Source: Candidatus Bathyarchaeota archaeon (GTDB taxonomy: Archaea; Thermoproteota; Bathyarchaeia; Bathyarchaeales; Bathycorpusculaceae). From it: 64,000 bases of DNA. This document shows, one piece after another, positions 29,388 through 39,096 of the stretch. The number at the start of each line of letters is the position of its first letter. Within the stretch, counting starts at the first letter, position 1. The position numbers and the translations under genes were made by a program. The stretch is from the NCBI GenBank assembly GCA_963782525.1, contig CAWAKC010000005.1:57385-121384 (forward strand), read 5' to 3'. The notes beneath the pieces are model-generated. The model was not told the DNA's origin and did no database searches. It saw nothing but the letters and a program-made list of their open reading frames with translations.

Positions 29388-30857
29388 TTACGCCCTCAAA
29401 AAAGAAATCAACATACCAACTCCGAGTATATTGATGGCCCTTCTAATGTTATAGGCCAACATTGTAAACCCGACTTCTCCTTTAACCTTCCGAAGTCCCT
29501 TTAAAAGCAAATATCCCTGATTGAAAGCCCGTTTAATTGTTCCAAACGGGTGTTCCGCCAACATACGCCTCAAACACACCTTCTCTTTTCCCTCAAAACT
29601 CTTCAACCTAAGCCTAAGACGATCAACGGCACCATCATACTCTCCTCTGAACATGTACCTTCCACGCTTATTCCTCGTACACTTACCTCTCTCCAAACAA
29701 GAAGCACAACACATCGACCGGTACAACCTACCCTCAAAACCCTTGCCACGATTACTATGCTTCCAAAAAGGCATATCGTTTCCCGCGGGACAAACATAGA
29801 CGTCTCTGGCAGCATCATAGACAAAACGGTCAGAATAAAACTCAGGTACAGGAACACCTACACGCTTATACGGATTCATAGCCTCAGGTATCGGCATAAA
29901 CACAGTTACACCGTTGTTCTCGCAGTCAAAAACGTCCTTCTCAACATAGAACCCCTTACCACTCACAACATCCAGCCTGTCAACACATAGGATCTGTTTT
30001 GCTGCTTCTGCATCCTTGGCAAGTTGATGATGGTCAGTTGAATTGTTTATCACGTCATAATCCACAATGAGGTGCCTTTTGGCATCCACGGACGTTTGGA
30101 TGTTGTAGCTGACCTCGAGTCTTTGGCTGTCAACGCGCATCAAACGGCTATCTGGATCCACCAGCGAAACCTCCTTCTGGCCTGTCGCCTTCATTTGGTT
30201 TTGAACTTGCTCGTATCGTTGCTTTTCTTCTTCAAGCTTGCCTATCTTGTCATTGAGACCATCAACCTTGAGGCACTCATCTTCATCTGAATCTGCCGCT
30301 GCCGTGTCGTTTTGGTCCATTTCTTTGAGGTACTCTGCTATCTTTTCTTCTGTTTTTTTGAGTCTCAAAGCGACTGTTTTGTCGTTGAGGTTATTGCTTC
30401 TTGAGTTCACGGCTTTGAATTTGGTGCCATCAATGGCAACGAGTTGAGCACCATACAAATCGAGGTTTCTGCAGAGGTAAACGAATTCTTTGAATACCGG
30501 TTTGATGCAGTCTACGTTGTCTTTGCGAAAGTCAGCTATGGTTTTATGGTCTGGAGCAAGTTTTTTCATAAGCCAAATGACTTCGAGGTTTCGGTGGCAT
30601 TCTCGCTCAAGTTTCCTGCTGGACCGAACCTGGTTGAGGTAGCCATACACGTAGAGCTTGAGCAGATCTGAAGGATCATATGATGGTCTTCCCGTCTCAC
30701 TTGGGGTGGAATGTTTGAAGCCGAGCTTCTCTATTTTGAGGCTTTCAACAAAGGCGTCTATGAACCTTACAGGGTTTTCTTTGTCGACGTAATCGTCGAG
30801 CATGTCTGGGAAAAGCACTGCTTGCTTTCTGTGGTTACCAGTTACGTGCTCACTCAT
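29388..30857 (-). CDS. IS1182-family DDE transposase
   Basis: GRPSYDP, SSRKLERECH, PDHKTIADFRK, IDGTK, YNIQ, YVCPAG, EHPFGTIK. Confidence 0.95.
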   Translation of the reverse strand: MSEHVTGNHRKQAVLFPDMLDDYVDKENPVRFIDAFVESLKIEKLGFKHSTPSETGRPSYDPSDLLKLYVYGYLNQVRSSRKLERECHRNLEVIWLMKKLAPDHKTIADFRKDNVDCIKPVFKEFVYLCRNLDLYGAQLVAIDGTKFKAVNSRSNNLNDKTVALRLKKTEEKIAEYLKEMDQNDTAAADSDEDECLKVDGLNDKIGKLEEEKQRYEQVQNQMKATGQKEVSLVDPDSRLMRVDSQRLEVSYNIQTSVDAKRHLIVDYDVINNSTDHHQLAKDAEAAKQILCVDRLDVVSGKGFYVEKDVFDCENNGVTVFMPIPEAMNPYKRVGVPVPEFYSDRFVYDAARDVYVCPAGNDMPFWKHSNRGKGFEGRLYRSMCCASCLERGKCTRNKRGRYMFRGEYDGAVDRLRLRLKSFEGKEKVCLRRMLAEHPFGTIKRAFNQGYLLLKGLRKVKGEVGFTMLAYNIRRAINILGVGMLISFLRA

Positions 30858-31039
30858 GGCTGTTCGCTTCCTTCTGCAGGTTCATCCACTATGACTAGGT
30901 AGACTGTTTTGCCCATGTACTCTTTTGGGCAGGTGACTTTGGCGCCTGTTCCGTAGGCAGTGACTTTTCTTTTTAAGAAGCCGACTATTCCTGTGACTTT
31001 GATTTCTGTTGCTGGCTCAAAAACTATTTTCTTAGGCAT
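30854..31039 (-). CDS. DUF2080-family transposon-associated small protein (AbrB-like)
   Basis: KRKVTAYGTGAKVTCPKEYMGKTVYLVI; inside the TIRs; ATGA overlap with transposase. Confidence 0.8.
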   Translation of the reverse strand: MPKKIVFEPATEIKVTGIVGFLKRKVTAYGTGAKVTCPKEYMGKTVYLVIVDEPAEGSEQP

Positions 31040-31309
31040 ATATAGCTGATATTAATCAATTATACATATAAAACTATCATTCCCTCGAAAACCTAACATA
31101 GTTTTCACACACTCTGTACACGGTATGAGTCCCTACACCAAAATTATTGAATAAGACTAATCTTTGCAAATTTTGACCAAGTTTGAAGGTGCCCGTCTCC
31201 ATACCCAAAAAGATTCAAAACTTTTCTTAACACTTGACTTCTGATTTTTTTCTCAAAGCGCTGGGTGGGGGATTCTAGACCCAATTTACCAGTAAAAGAC
31301 TCAAATTGA

Positions 31310-31420
31310 GTAGGACTGGACTTACCCCAAAATGGCATGAGTTTCTACATCATGGTTGCAATAATGGCTGCAGTTGCTTTGAGTCTCGCGTTGGTTTCCA
31401 AAAGAAGAGGCTGGATATAA
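31310..31420 (+). pseudogene. Orphan C-terminal TM fragment, CorA-like end
   Basis: ...LPQNGMSFYIMVAIMAAVALSLALVSKRRGWI* with no upstream body. Confidence 0.35.
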
Positions 31421-31494
31421 AGGAAAACGCTGGTTTATGTGAGCAATATTAAAATATTAGTTAGAAAAGCTAATTGTTAGAAGATGCAATTAAT

Positions 31495-31968
31495 ATGACT
31501 TTGTCCCCAGAAGAAGCCGCACGCCAATTACTTGAAGTAATTCCAGTCGTCATGAAAGAGATACGTTCGGAAATGCGTAGTCGAAGATCACCAGACTTAA
31601 CAGTTCCTCAGTTTCGCGCCCTTTCTTTCATAAGCCGAAACGTCGGTTCCTCGCTTTTGGATGTGGCAAATCATCTCGGTTTGACTCCACCCTCAACATC
31701 TAGGCTAGTGGACGGGTTAATTTATCGTAACATGATGACAAGGGAAGATCATCCAGACGATAGGCGACGGGTAAAATTAACTGTAACTCATGTTGGAGAA
31801 CAGATCTTGGAAGCCTCGCGTCAAGAGGCATTAACCTATTTGTCCACAAAATTAAGCAATATTAACGCTGACGACAGAGAAGCCATCGTTAAAGCCATGA
31901 ACGTTTTGCAGCCAATCTTCACAAGTGCTGCAAAAACCAGAAGGGGTTGTAATAAATGTTTATTTTAA
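31495..31968 (+). CDS. MarR-family transcriptional regulator
   Basis: LTVPQFRAL, VANHLGLTPPSTSRLVDGL, DDRRRVKLTVT. Confidence 0.92.
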   Translation: MTLSPEEAARQLLEVIPVVMKEIRSEMRSRRSPDLTVPQFRALSFISRNVGSSLLDVANHLGLTPPSTSRLVDGLIYRNMMTREDHPDDRRRVKLTVTHVGEQILEASRQEALTYLSTKLSNINADDREAIVKAMNVLQPIFTSAAKTRRGCNKCLF

Positions 31969-32753
31969 CAACGGAGCATCTTACCCGCCGCTTTGGAGAC
32001 CTGACTGCGGTTGATGACCTGACCATATCAGTTGAGGAAGGGGAAATCTTCGGTCTCCTCGGTCCTAACGGCGCTGGCAAATCGACCGCAATCAAGATGA
32101 TTACCACCCTTTTGCCTCCGACCTCTGGATGTGTTAGTGTCGGCGGTTTTGACTTGGCGCATGGCGCAAACAAGATCAGAAGATTGATTGGCTACGTGCC
32201 CCAAATCCTCTCAGCTGATGGAACACTCACAGCCAGCGAAAACCTCACTGTCTTCGCAAGCCTATATGACATTCCAAGAAAGGAACGTTCCAAAAGAATT
32301 GACGAGTCGTTGGCATTAATGGAACTCACGGAAGCCTCGGATAAACTTGTGAAAAATTATTCGGGCGGCATGATTAGACGTTTAGAGATAGCACAATCAA
32401 TGCTTCATCGACCTAAAGTTCTGTTCTTGGATGAACCAACTATAGGTCTTGATCCTGTTGGGTGCAAAGCAGTTTGGGACCACATCCAAAAACTACGCGA
32501 TAACTTTGGTACAACCATTTTTCTTACAACACATTACATGGAAGAGGCAGACAAATTGTGTTCCAGAGTGGCTATTATGCATTTAGGAAAATTAGCTGTT
32601 GTCGGTGTACCAGCCGATTTGAAGATGTCTCTATATTTAGACAATGCGACACTTGAAGATGTGTTTACGCATTACACTGGAGGAGCACTCGACAGGGGAG
32701 ACAGTTACCGAGAAGCAAGAATGACAAGACGAACAGCGAAGAGGCTCGGTTAA
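31956..32753 (+). CDS. ABC exporter ATP-binding protein (DrrA-like)
   Basis: GPNGAGKS, YSGGM, FLDEPT, TTHYMEEA. Confidence 0.95.
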   Translation: MFILTTEHLTRRFGDLTAVDDLTISVEEGEIFGLLGPNGAGKSTAIKMITTLLPPTSGCVSVGGFDLAHGANKIRRLIGYVPQILSADGTLTASENLTVFASLYDIPRKERSKRIDESLALMELTEASDKLVKNYSGGMIRRLEIAQSMLHRPKVLFLDEPTIGLDPVGCKAVWDHIQKLRDNFGTTIFLTTHYMEEADKLCSRVAIMHLGKLAVVGVPADLKMSLYLDNATLEDVFTHYTGGALDRGDSYREARMTRRTAKRLG

Positions 32754-32754
32754 A

Positions 32755-33561
32755 ATGGCCACAGTTAAATTGAAGACCGCCTACAACTCAGTCAGTTGTT
32801 TCTTTAGTAAAACTTTGAGTATAGCCGCAATGGATGTTCGGAAACTTCGTCATGACCCAACTGAATTGATTACTCGTGCAGTGCAGCCAGCGCTTTGGCT
32901 GCTGGTCTTCGGAGAAGTTTTCACAAGAGTGCATATCATACCGACGGGTAATCTGTCTTACTTATCTTTCATGGCGCCGGGGATTTTGGCTCAAAGCGTA
33001 CTTTTCATAGCTATATTTTTCGGCATAACTGTTATTTGGGAACGAGACCTAGGTATTATCCATAAGTTTTTGGTCAGCCCTACTCCTCGTGAAGCATTGG
33101 TTCTTGGAAAAGCCTTGTCCGCAGGAGTCCGTGCTCTTTCTCAGGTGGTTATCATTTATGTGTTGGCTATGTTGATTGGTGTTGGAATAAATTGGAATCC
33201 CATAAATCTAACATTGGTCGCAGTCGTCGCAGTATTGGCTTCAGCAGTGTTCTCCACATTTTCGCTCATCATAGCTTCGGTCGTGAAGACAAGGGAACGT
33301 TTCATGGGTATAGGTCAAATCTTAACCATGCCCCTGTTTTTTGCAAGCAACGCAATTTACCCCTTGTCCATGATGCCGAGTTGGCTGCAAGCGGTGGCAC
33401 AGGTTAACCCACTAACATATACAGTTGATGCTTTGCGAGGGCTTATGATCGTCGGAGGAACCAGCGTGTATGGTGTTGGTTTGGACATGCTTGTACTTTT
33501 AGTAAGCATGATAGCCTTGATAATAATCGGCGCTAAGCTCTATCCGAAAGTGATCGTTTGA
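32755..33561 (+). CDS. ABC-2 type exporter permease
   Basis: 6 TM; FMAPGI, NPLTYTVDALR. Confidence 0.92.
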   Translation: MATVKLKTAYNSVSCFFSKTLSIAAMDVRKLRHDPTELITRAVQPALWLLVFGEVFTRVHIIPTGNLSYLSFMAPGILAQSVLFIAIFFGITVIWERDLGIIHKFLVSPTPREALVLGKALSAGVRALSQVVIIYVLAMLIGVGINWNPINLTLVAVVAVLASAVFSTFSLIIASVVKTRERFMGIGQILTMPLFFASNAIYPLSMMPSWLQAVAQVNPLTYTVDALRGLMIVGGTSVYGVGLDMLVLLVSMIALIIIGAKLYPKVIV

Positions 33562-33682
33562 GACTCTTTCTTGCTAAGGATAAGCTATCGTTAAAAAATA
33601 AATTCTTGAAGCATTCAACAAAAGTAGAAGCATCTCCGCTAGAATTTGAAGCAATCCCTTAAGCAGCATTTTTACCGGTAAA

Positions 33683-33711
33683 CGGGGGTTCAAATCTCTT
33701 CCCCGGCGCCA
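33683..33711 (+). repeat. tRNA 3'-end remnant (tRNA-Ser-like), att scar
   Basis: CGGGGGTTCAAATCTCTTCCCCGGCGCCA: T-arm, acceptor strand, G discriminator and CCA with no 5' half. Confidence 0.65.
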
Positions 33712-33879
33712 TTTTTTAGAGCTAATTTCAAGGCTATTTTTTAGAATAGAGTATAATTTAACCATATCTAGCATTTCTTTCAAAACAGTCAAAATTTGAG
33801 AAGGATTTCTTACTAGTACACCAGATGCAGAAGAATTAAATTCCTTTATGGCTTAACGAATAAAGAAGTGAACAATTAA

Positions 33880-34200
33880 ATGAAAGTTACACAAGTATGT
33901 GAGACTAGTTGTTTCCAGAATGCGCATGGAGTAGATGCTAAAGAAATCTACGACTCAGAAAATGCTCAAGTCATTCACATGGCACTATCAAAGGATCAGT
34001 CATTAAAGAAACATGTAACTCCTGTTGATGTTTTCTTTTATATCCTTGAAGGCAAAGGAATTGTGGAAATTGGAGAAGAAACACAAGAGGTAGAAAAAGA
34101 TACAATAATTGATAGTCCTAAAGGCATCCCACATTTACTCCGTAACAATGGAGACGGCATCTTTCGATTTCTTGTAATAAAACTGCAAAAGTCAAAATAG
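33880..34200 (+). CDS. Cupin-domain protein
   Basis: LKKHVTPVDVFFYILEGKG...SPKGIPHLLRN. Confidence 0.9.
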   Translation: MKVTQVCETSCFQNAHGVDAKEIYDSENAQVIHMALSKDQSLKKHVTPVDVFFYILEGKGIVEIGEETQEVEKDTIIDSPKGIPHLLRNNGDGIFRFLVIKLQKSK

Positions 34201-34217
34201 CCCAACAAGGTGTCTGT

Positions 34218-34748
34218 ATGTCGTTACCTGTTGATATGTTGATAAATGAACACAAACTAATAATCCAAGCAGTCGATGCAATCAAAAAAAGAATAGCCAT
34301 AATCAAAACAAGCCAAACTATTGAGCCAAATAACATAACGGTTATGGTTGATTTTTTCAGGGTATATGCTGACAGGTTTCATCACGGAAAGGAAGAAGGC
34401 ATACTGTTTCGGGCACTGTACCAAAAGAAGATGAAAGAAAATGATAATAAAATTATGAAAGACCTAATGCAAGAACATGCTTTTGTACGAAAAACCGTGG
34501 CTTCCTTAGAAAAAGCTAATCAAAGCTATGCTTCAGGTAAAAAAGAGGCGCTCAAAGAAATATTGGAAATGTTATCCACATTGTCAACATTCTATCCTAA
34601 GCACATCGAAAAAGAAGATAAACAATTCTTCTATCCTTGCATGGAGTATGTTTCTCCAGAAGAAAGAGAACAGATGATGAGCCAATTCCAACAGTTCAAT
34701 TTTAGTTTTACCGATAACAGGTACACGCAAGTGATAAAATCATTATAG
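34218..34748 (+). CDS. Hemerythrin-like (HHE) domain protein
   Basis: LINEH, HHGKEEGILF, QEH, HIEKEDKQFF. Confidence 0.9.
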   Translation: MSLPVDMLINEHKLIIQAVDAIKKRIAIIKTSQTIEPNNITVMVDFFRVYADRFHHGKEEGILFRALYQKKMKENDNKIMKDLMQEHAFVRKTVASLEKANQSYASGKKEALKEILEMLSTLSTFYPKHIEKEDKQFFYPCMEYVSPEEREQMMSQFQQFNFSFTDNRYTQVIKSL

Positions 34749-34866
34749 CAACAAATTCTTCTGATACACAAGCTCACAATCTATGAGAAACAACAGTTTA
34801 AACTCACATTTTCTTAGTAAAAAGTGTAGAAGAACATAATTACGCTATAGGACATTACGCTTACTC

Positions 34867-35463
34867 ATGAGATTGCTAAACGAAACTCTATCCGACCTCA
34901 AAGTCTACGCAAGAAAGAAATATTCCTTGACTAAAAACGCTCCAGTCCTTGTTATCCTAGTGACCGAACAGGAGCATAAGATTCTAACAGAAACCTACAC
35001 TAAACTAATGCAAGATTATGAAAAGAGCACAACCGCAAGTGATGGGTCTGACGAAGAGCATTCGCCAATTACCTCTGAGGAGTTCTTCCCAAATGTCGCT
35101 AGTATTTTCGAACTTGCACATAATTATTCTAAAGAAACAACGCCTATTGTCACGCCAATGCTGAGAGATGCGTTTGACATTCCCCATTTTGAAAAATACA
35201 AGTATGCTATCTTAATTCGAGAAGAGAAACTGCTTGAATGGGGTAGTCAAATGGATATTCAGGTGGATGGTGCGCAAGCTACGGGTAAGAAACGGAAACT
35301 TGTTATCTTTTACAGGATACTTGCACAAGAGTTTCTTCACGTGGTGGAATGCGAAAAAGGTATTCAAATATTCGGAAACAATGACAGTGCAGATTCTGAG
35401 ATAGTGCAACGAGCGTTGAAGGCAGTTAAGGTATTTCGTGATATCGATATCTTTTCTGAATAG
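34867..35463 (+). CDS. Hypothetical protein
   Basis: 198 aa intact ORF; QEFLH may be a degenerate HExxH. Confidence 0.6.
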   Translation: MRLLNETLSDLKVYARKKYSLTKNAPVLVILVTEQEHKILTETYTKLMQDYEKSTTASDGSDEEHSPITSEEFFPNVASIFELAHNYSKETTPIVTPMLRDAFDIPHFEKYKYAILIREEKLLEWGSQMDIQVDGAQATGKKRKLVIFYRILAQEFLHVVECEKGIQIFGNNDSADSEIVQRALKAVKVFRDIDIFSE

Positions 35464-35507
35464 CGGTTAGTTTATTTGAAACTCTTAAAACTCGGATAAA
35501 TGCAGAG

Positions 35508-35768
35508 TCATGGAATTTGTGTCATATTGTCACGCAGAGCCAACCAACGTTTAAACTCTAGTCCTGTGCACTTGCCTTTCCCTATGCAGTTGTTACCGTA
35601 CTTCTTTCTCAGCTTCTCGTTGTAGGAGTCAAAAGTTTCTGATTCACTTACTTCTATGCTATCTTTCTTCTTCACTAATTTATAACTCCAATTTGATTCT
35701 TGTGCATATCTCTTCTTAAAGTTACGTCTAACTGTTAACATTGAAAAGCAGAAGTCAGTTACTTCCAA
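35508..35768 (-). CDS. Hypothetical protein or gene fragment
   Basis: Lys-rich 86 aa ORF in a decayed region. Confidence 0.3.
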   Translation of the reverse strand: MEVTDFCFSMLTVRRNFKKRYAQESNWSYKLVKKKDSIEVSESETFDSYNEKLRKKYGNNCIGKGKCTGLEFKRWLALRDNMTQIP

Positions 35769-36262
35769 ACAAGCATGCTAAACCTTGCAACATATCACAT
35801 TCAGATTTTTTCCGATAGACCGCACATCGATTATTTTCAAGGAACATGCCACAAGCCACCATGCCTAAACTGCAAAAATTCCATTCTTTCAAGTAATCTT
35901 ACTTGTAATTTGGGTACTTCTCATAGACCTGGGGCTGCATAGTTCGCAACCGCATGTCGGCTTTTCTTACAGAGGCCTTTTCACTATTCTCAGTCAGCAC
36001 CATTCTATCCAACCTGAAACACTCTTTTCTAACCTATACAACTTAGCCCCTGGAACACTCTTTAATGGAGAAGAGCGAATGCAAATACCTAATTTTGTGA
36101 ATTTAACCAGAGCCCACTCAGCCCTCGTCTTGTTCTCCAATGTTTTTTTAGAAAAGCATATAGACTGGGAAAAAACCGTCAGCTCCAGTCATAGTATTAC
36201 GAATAGCACACGCTGATTTTGGCTAAACTATATTTGGGAGCTTAAAAAAAGAAGAGATTGCA

Positions 36263-36691
36263 CTATAATATGTAAATTCCCAGCTCTATTAATTTTGGAA
36301 GACTGTTAATTTCTATAGCTTTTGTTCCAGTCACTAAACGCGAAATCCCTGCACTAGCTTGGGCTCCTGCTGTAGCTACGAGGTCGGCTTTATACGAAAG
36401 TGTTATTGTTATTCCTGCTTGTTTTAACTCGTTTGCAGTATCAATTAGCGTTTCGCGCATGCTCATGGCGGTTTTGACCATTTGGGGGCTTTCTTTGGCG
36501 GTTTCGGTTGTGCTGATGTTTTTGCTATCTTTGCGTACGCTTGCGATTAAGTCTTTTATGAACTCCTTATCTTTTAAGTTAACATCGATTCTTTTGTTTA
36601 CTGCTACAACTTCAAGGTTTTCTTTGTTATTTGTTGATAGCGTTACTTTCCCTGATTCAAGCATTTGCCCCATCATCGTTACTATTTGCAT
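36263..36691 (-). CDS. Hypothetical protein
   Basis: 142 aa; co-oriented with the upstream ORF. Confidence 0.7.
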   Translation of the reverse strand: MQIVTMMGQMLESGKVTLSTNNKENLEVVAVNKRIDVNLKDKEFIKDLIASVRKDSKNISTTETAKESPQMVKTAMSMRETLIDTANELKQAGITITLSYKADLVATAGAQASAGISRLVTGTKAIEINSLPKLIELGIYIL

Positions 36692-36722
36692 GTTTTGCCC
36701 GCCATAGACATGGATTACGGCG

Positions 36723-36986
36723 CTACTTTATTTTACTTGATTTGCTCGGAGAATCAGTTTCAGCTTCTTTTGCATAAACAACGTCTAAGATTATTGCACC
36801 GTTTAGCTTTGCCTTCATCAACCCAACGTCAAGAGTAAGGTCTTCGAAACTGAGTTTCAAGTCCGATTCTTTACCTGCAAGTTTGTCAATGATTGCTAGG
36901 AGGGTATTTGCCATTGTTTCAGCAGTTTTTTCCATACCGTGAGCAGTCTTTTCTGATATGCTAGAATTTTTTTCCATTAAAATCAC
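36723..36986 (-). CDS. Hypothetical protein
   Basis: 87 aa; TTTATA box upstream on - strand. Confidence 0.65.
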   Translation of the reverse strand: MILMEKNSSISEKTAHGMEKTAETMANTLLAIIDKLAGKESDLKLSFEDLTLDVGLMKAKLNGAIILDVVYAKEAETDSPSKSSKIK

Positions 36987-37423
36987 ACACTTTAAAAGTG
37001 ACTTTCAGTGATATAAACTTTTTAAAAAACCAAAAATTGTTATTCACTGTTCATAACATTTTGCTCCATTTCAAATCACCTCTCTTAGCTGCGAGTGCAT
37101 TTTCTTAGGCGTGTCAGAGGTTTTAGCGGCTGGGTACTTGTTTTTTTGGCTGCAATCTCAGATGCCCCTGTGCTGTTGGTTTATGTTTATCAGAAGTCTC
37201 CAAGGAATAACTTGCCTGTTTAACCGAAAACGGATAACCATTTCACTGCAATATGTTCCAGAAAAAAGTCAGCATCCGTTAAAAGAACCATCGGCAACGG
37301 TGCATAACTCAAGCATAGGCGTTTATGGGGTTGAATAACTTTTCCATGGGGCATTTTATTTGTCCGTTCATTGTTGCAGTCTATTCAGTAACTGAACAAG
37401 CCAACTCTTTTTCTTTCTTATTT

Positions 37424-37786
37424 TCAACATGAGATTAGTGGGGCTGATTGTATTCGGATGCTGTCGGTTCCCATATTTTTACAGATGATGTTGAGTGAGT
37501 TTTCGGTGAAATTTAGTAGTGCTTTGCCGTCGTTTGTGAGTTGGTACACTTTTCTGGGACGTTCTGTATCCACGTTCCAGTTGCTCTTTACGTAGCCTTT
37601 TTTCTCCAGTAGTCCTAGTAGGGGGTAGACGGTGCTGGGTCCGAAGTAGACGCCGAAGCCTTTGCGGATTGTAGTTATGAGTTGGTATCCGTGCATGGAT
37701 TTTTGGTCTAGATATTGAAGGATAATCATGTCTAAGAGGCCTTTGGTAAGTTTGGTTTGGACTTCTTTTTGATATTTGTTATTCAT
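37424..37786 (-). CDS. PadR-family transcriptional regulator
   Basis: KGLLDMIIL, MHGYQL, GPSTVYPLL, RPRKVYQLT..G; start set at MNNKY. Confidence 0.92.
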   Translation of the reverse strand: MNNKYQKEVQTKLTKGLLDMIILQYLDQKSMHGYQLITTIRKGFGVYFGPSTVYPLLGLLEKKGYVKSNWNVDTERPRKVYQLTNDGKALLNFTENSLNIICKNMGTDSIRIQSAPLISC

Positions 37787-38171
37787 TCTTTTTTTTCTCC
37801 TGTTGCTGTGATGTACGTGTGAACAATATGTCTTTTTAAGACACATCTCTTACGTCTTCATAATGTCCCAACAGCCAAATAAACCCTCGGACATAACGTA
37901 AGCATATCAAAACCCTTCAGACTACCTGATTGTTGAACACAAGAACAGATCAATACATGAAATACAGCCCAAAAATCAATATTTCAATTCAGCAAGGAAA
38001 CTGTACAACAGAAAGACAAAAAACCCGTCAAATAATTAGCGGTTGACTTGTTGTTGATTGCGAGCCAACATTATTTTATATTTTTTTAAAATGCATTTGG
38101 CAACAGCCAACAAACTTGCTAAGTGGGTTCGGCTGCTAACGCTTGATCCGGCAAATCCCCCTCTATTTCTA

Positions 38172-38206
38172 CGTCTAATCAGATGTTAGCACATGGCTAA
38201 ATCCAC
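38172..38206. repeat. Dispersed repeat, copy B (partner at 23123..23157)
   Basis: 30/35 identity. Confidence 0.7.
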
Positions 38207-38719
38207 TTAACGCAAAATATTTTGCCCCTATTACTCGAGAGTCAGAATCCTTTTTTAATATAGAAATATCGCCCGATTTTTAACTCTGCGAATCTAACGC
38301 TTAACAGTTTAACAGAATCAGCAAAGCAATCTTAATCTATTTCCACATGTATTTTGGGTGGAAAAGGTTGAGGGGTAGCTTTTAGGAGAAAAGTGGGGTA
38401 AATGTCTGAGTAAACCCAACTGCCCAACCCCTCAGCCCTAACGAGTTATTCAACTGATTTAGGTTAAATAATTTTGGATAATCCAAAAAATAGATGTGTT
38501 TGTTGCATCAATTTTTCTCGTTTTTTCTGGGCAATTACATTTAGCTCAATTGCGTAAATCTCCTTATGTTGAAGAATAGCGAAGGCAGTTTTGAGTTTTT
38601 AACTAGCATCTCCAAAAGACTTTAGTGCACAGTAGGGTCAGGGCTAAAAGTAATGCGCGATTCAAGAAAAATCATTAAGTGTTCTTCAAAAACAAAAAAC
38701 TAAAAGAAGATGTAATTTT

Positions 38720-38788
38720 TTACCATTCTTCCTCTTCCCATTCCTCATCTTCAGTTTCTTCCCATTCCTCTTCCTCTATGAATATCAT
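38720..38788 (-). CDS. 22-aa acidic Trp-repeat micropeptide
   Basis: MIFIEEEEWEETEDEEWEEEEW*; SD GAGGTGA 9 nt upstream. Confidence 0.5.
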   Translation of the reverse strand: MIFIEEEEWEETEDEEWEEEEW

Positions 38789-39096
38789 GTGCTTATTTCA
38801 CCTCACACTGTGCCTAAAAAGCTATCGTACCTTCGAAAGCCTTAAGCATTTACATTCGTCAAATGACGTTAAAAATCGTCAATGTAAACAAGTTAATCAT
38901 GCCTCAAGCAAGAAAGAGCGTTTTTTTAATTATCCTGGACCATCATCATCGTAAGTGAACTAGTTACGCGTGCGATGGGTTTTATTCGTGATTTAGTTAT
39001 TTCTCTTAGATTTTGGTTTACGAAACAACTTAAAATCATCCATCATTCACGTAACGAATAAAAATAGTGGGCAGGCTCTTAGATAAGTAACTCTAA

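Larger units (their letters stand above)
29299..31116 (-). mobile_element. IS1182-family insertion sequence (1818 bp)
   Basis: 16-bp TIRs CAGACTGTGTAAAAAC / GTTTTCACACACTCTG (14/16); 4-bp TSD TACA at 29295 and 31117. Confidence 0.92.

Noticed and set aside
33574-33792. 72-aa ORF containing WRRGRDLNPR as a split integrase N-terminus
   Set aside because: The motif is simply the antisense translation of the tRNA remnant; no integrase C-terminal part found
38679-38954. Ser-rich 91-aa ORF on +
   Set aside because: Antisense shadow of the Glu/Trp micropeptide, which has the SD
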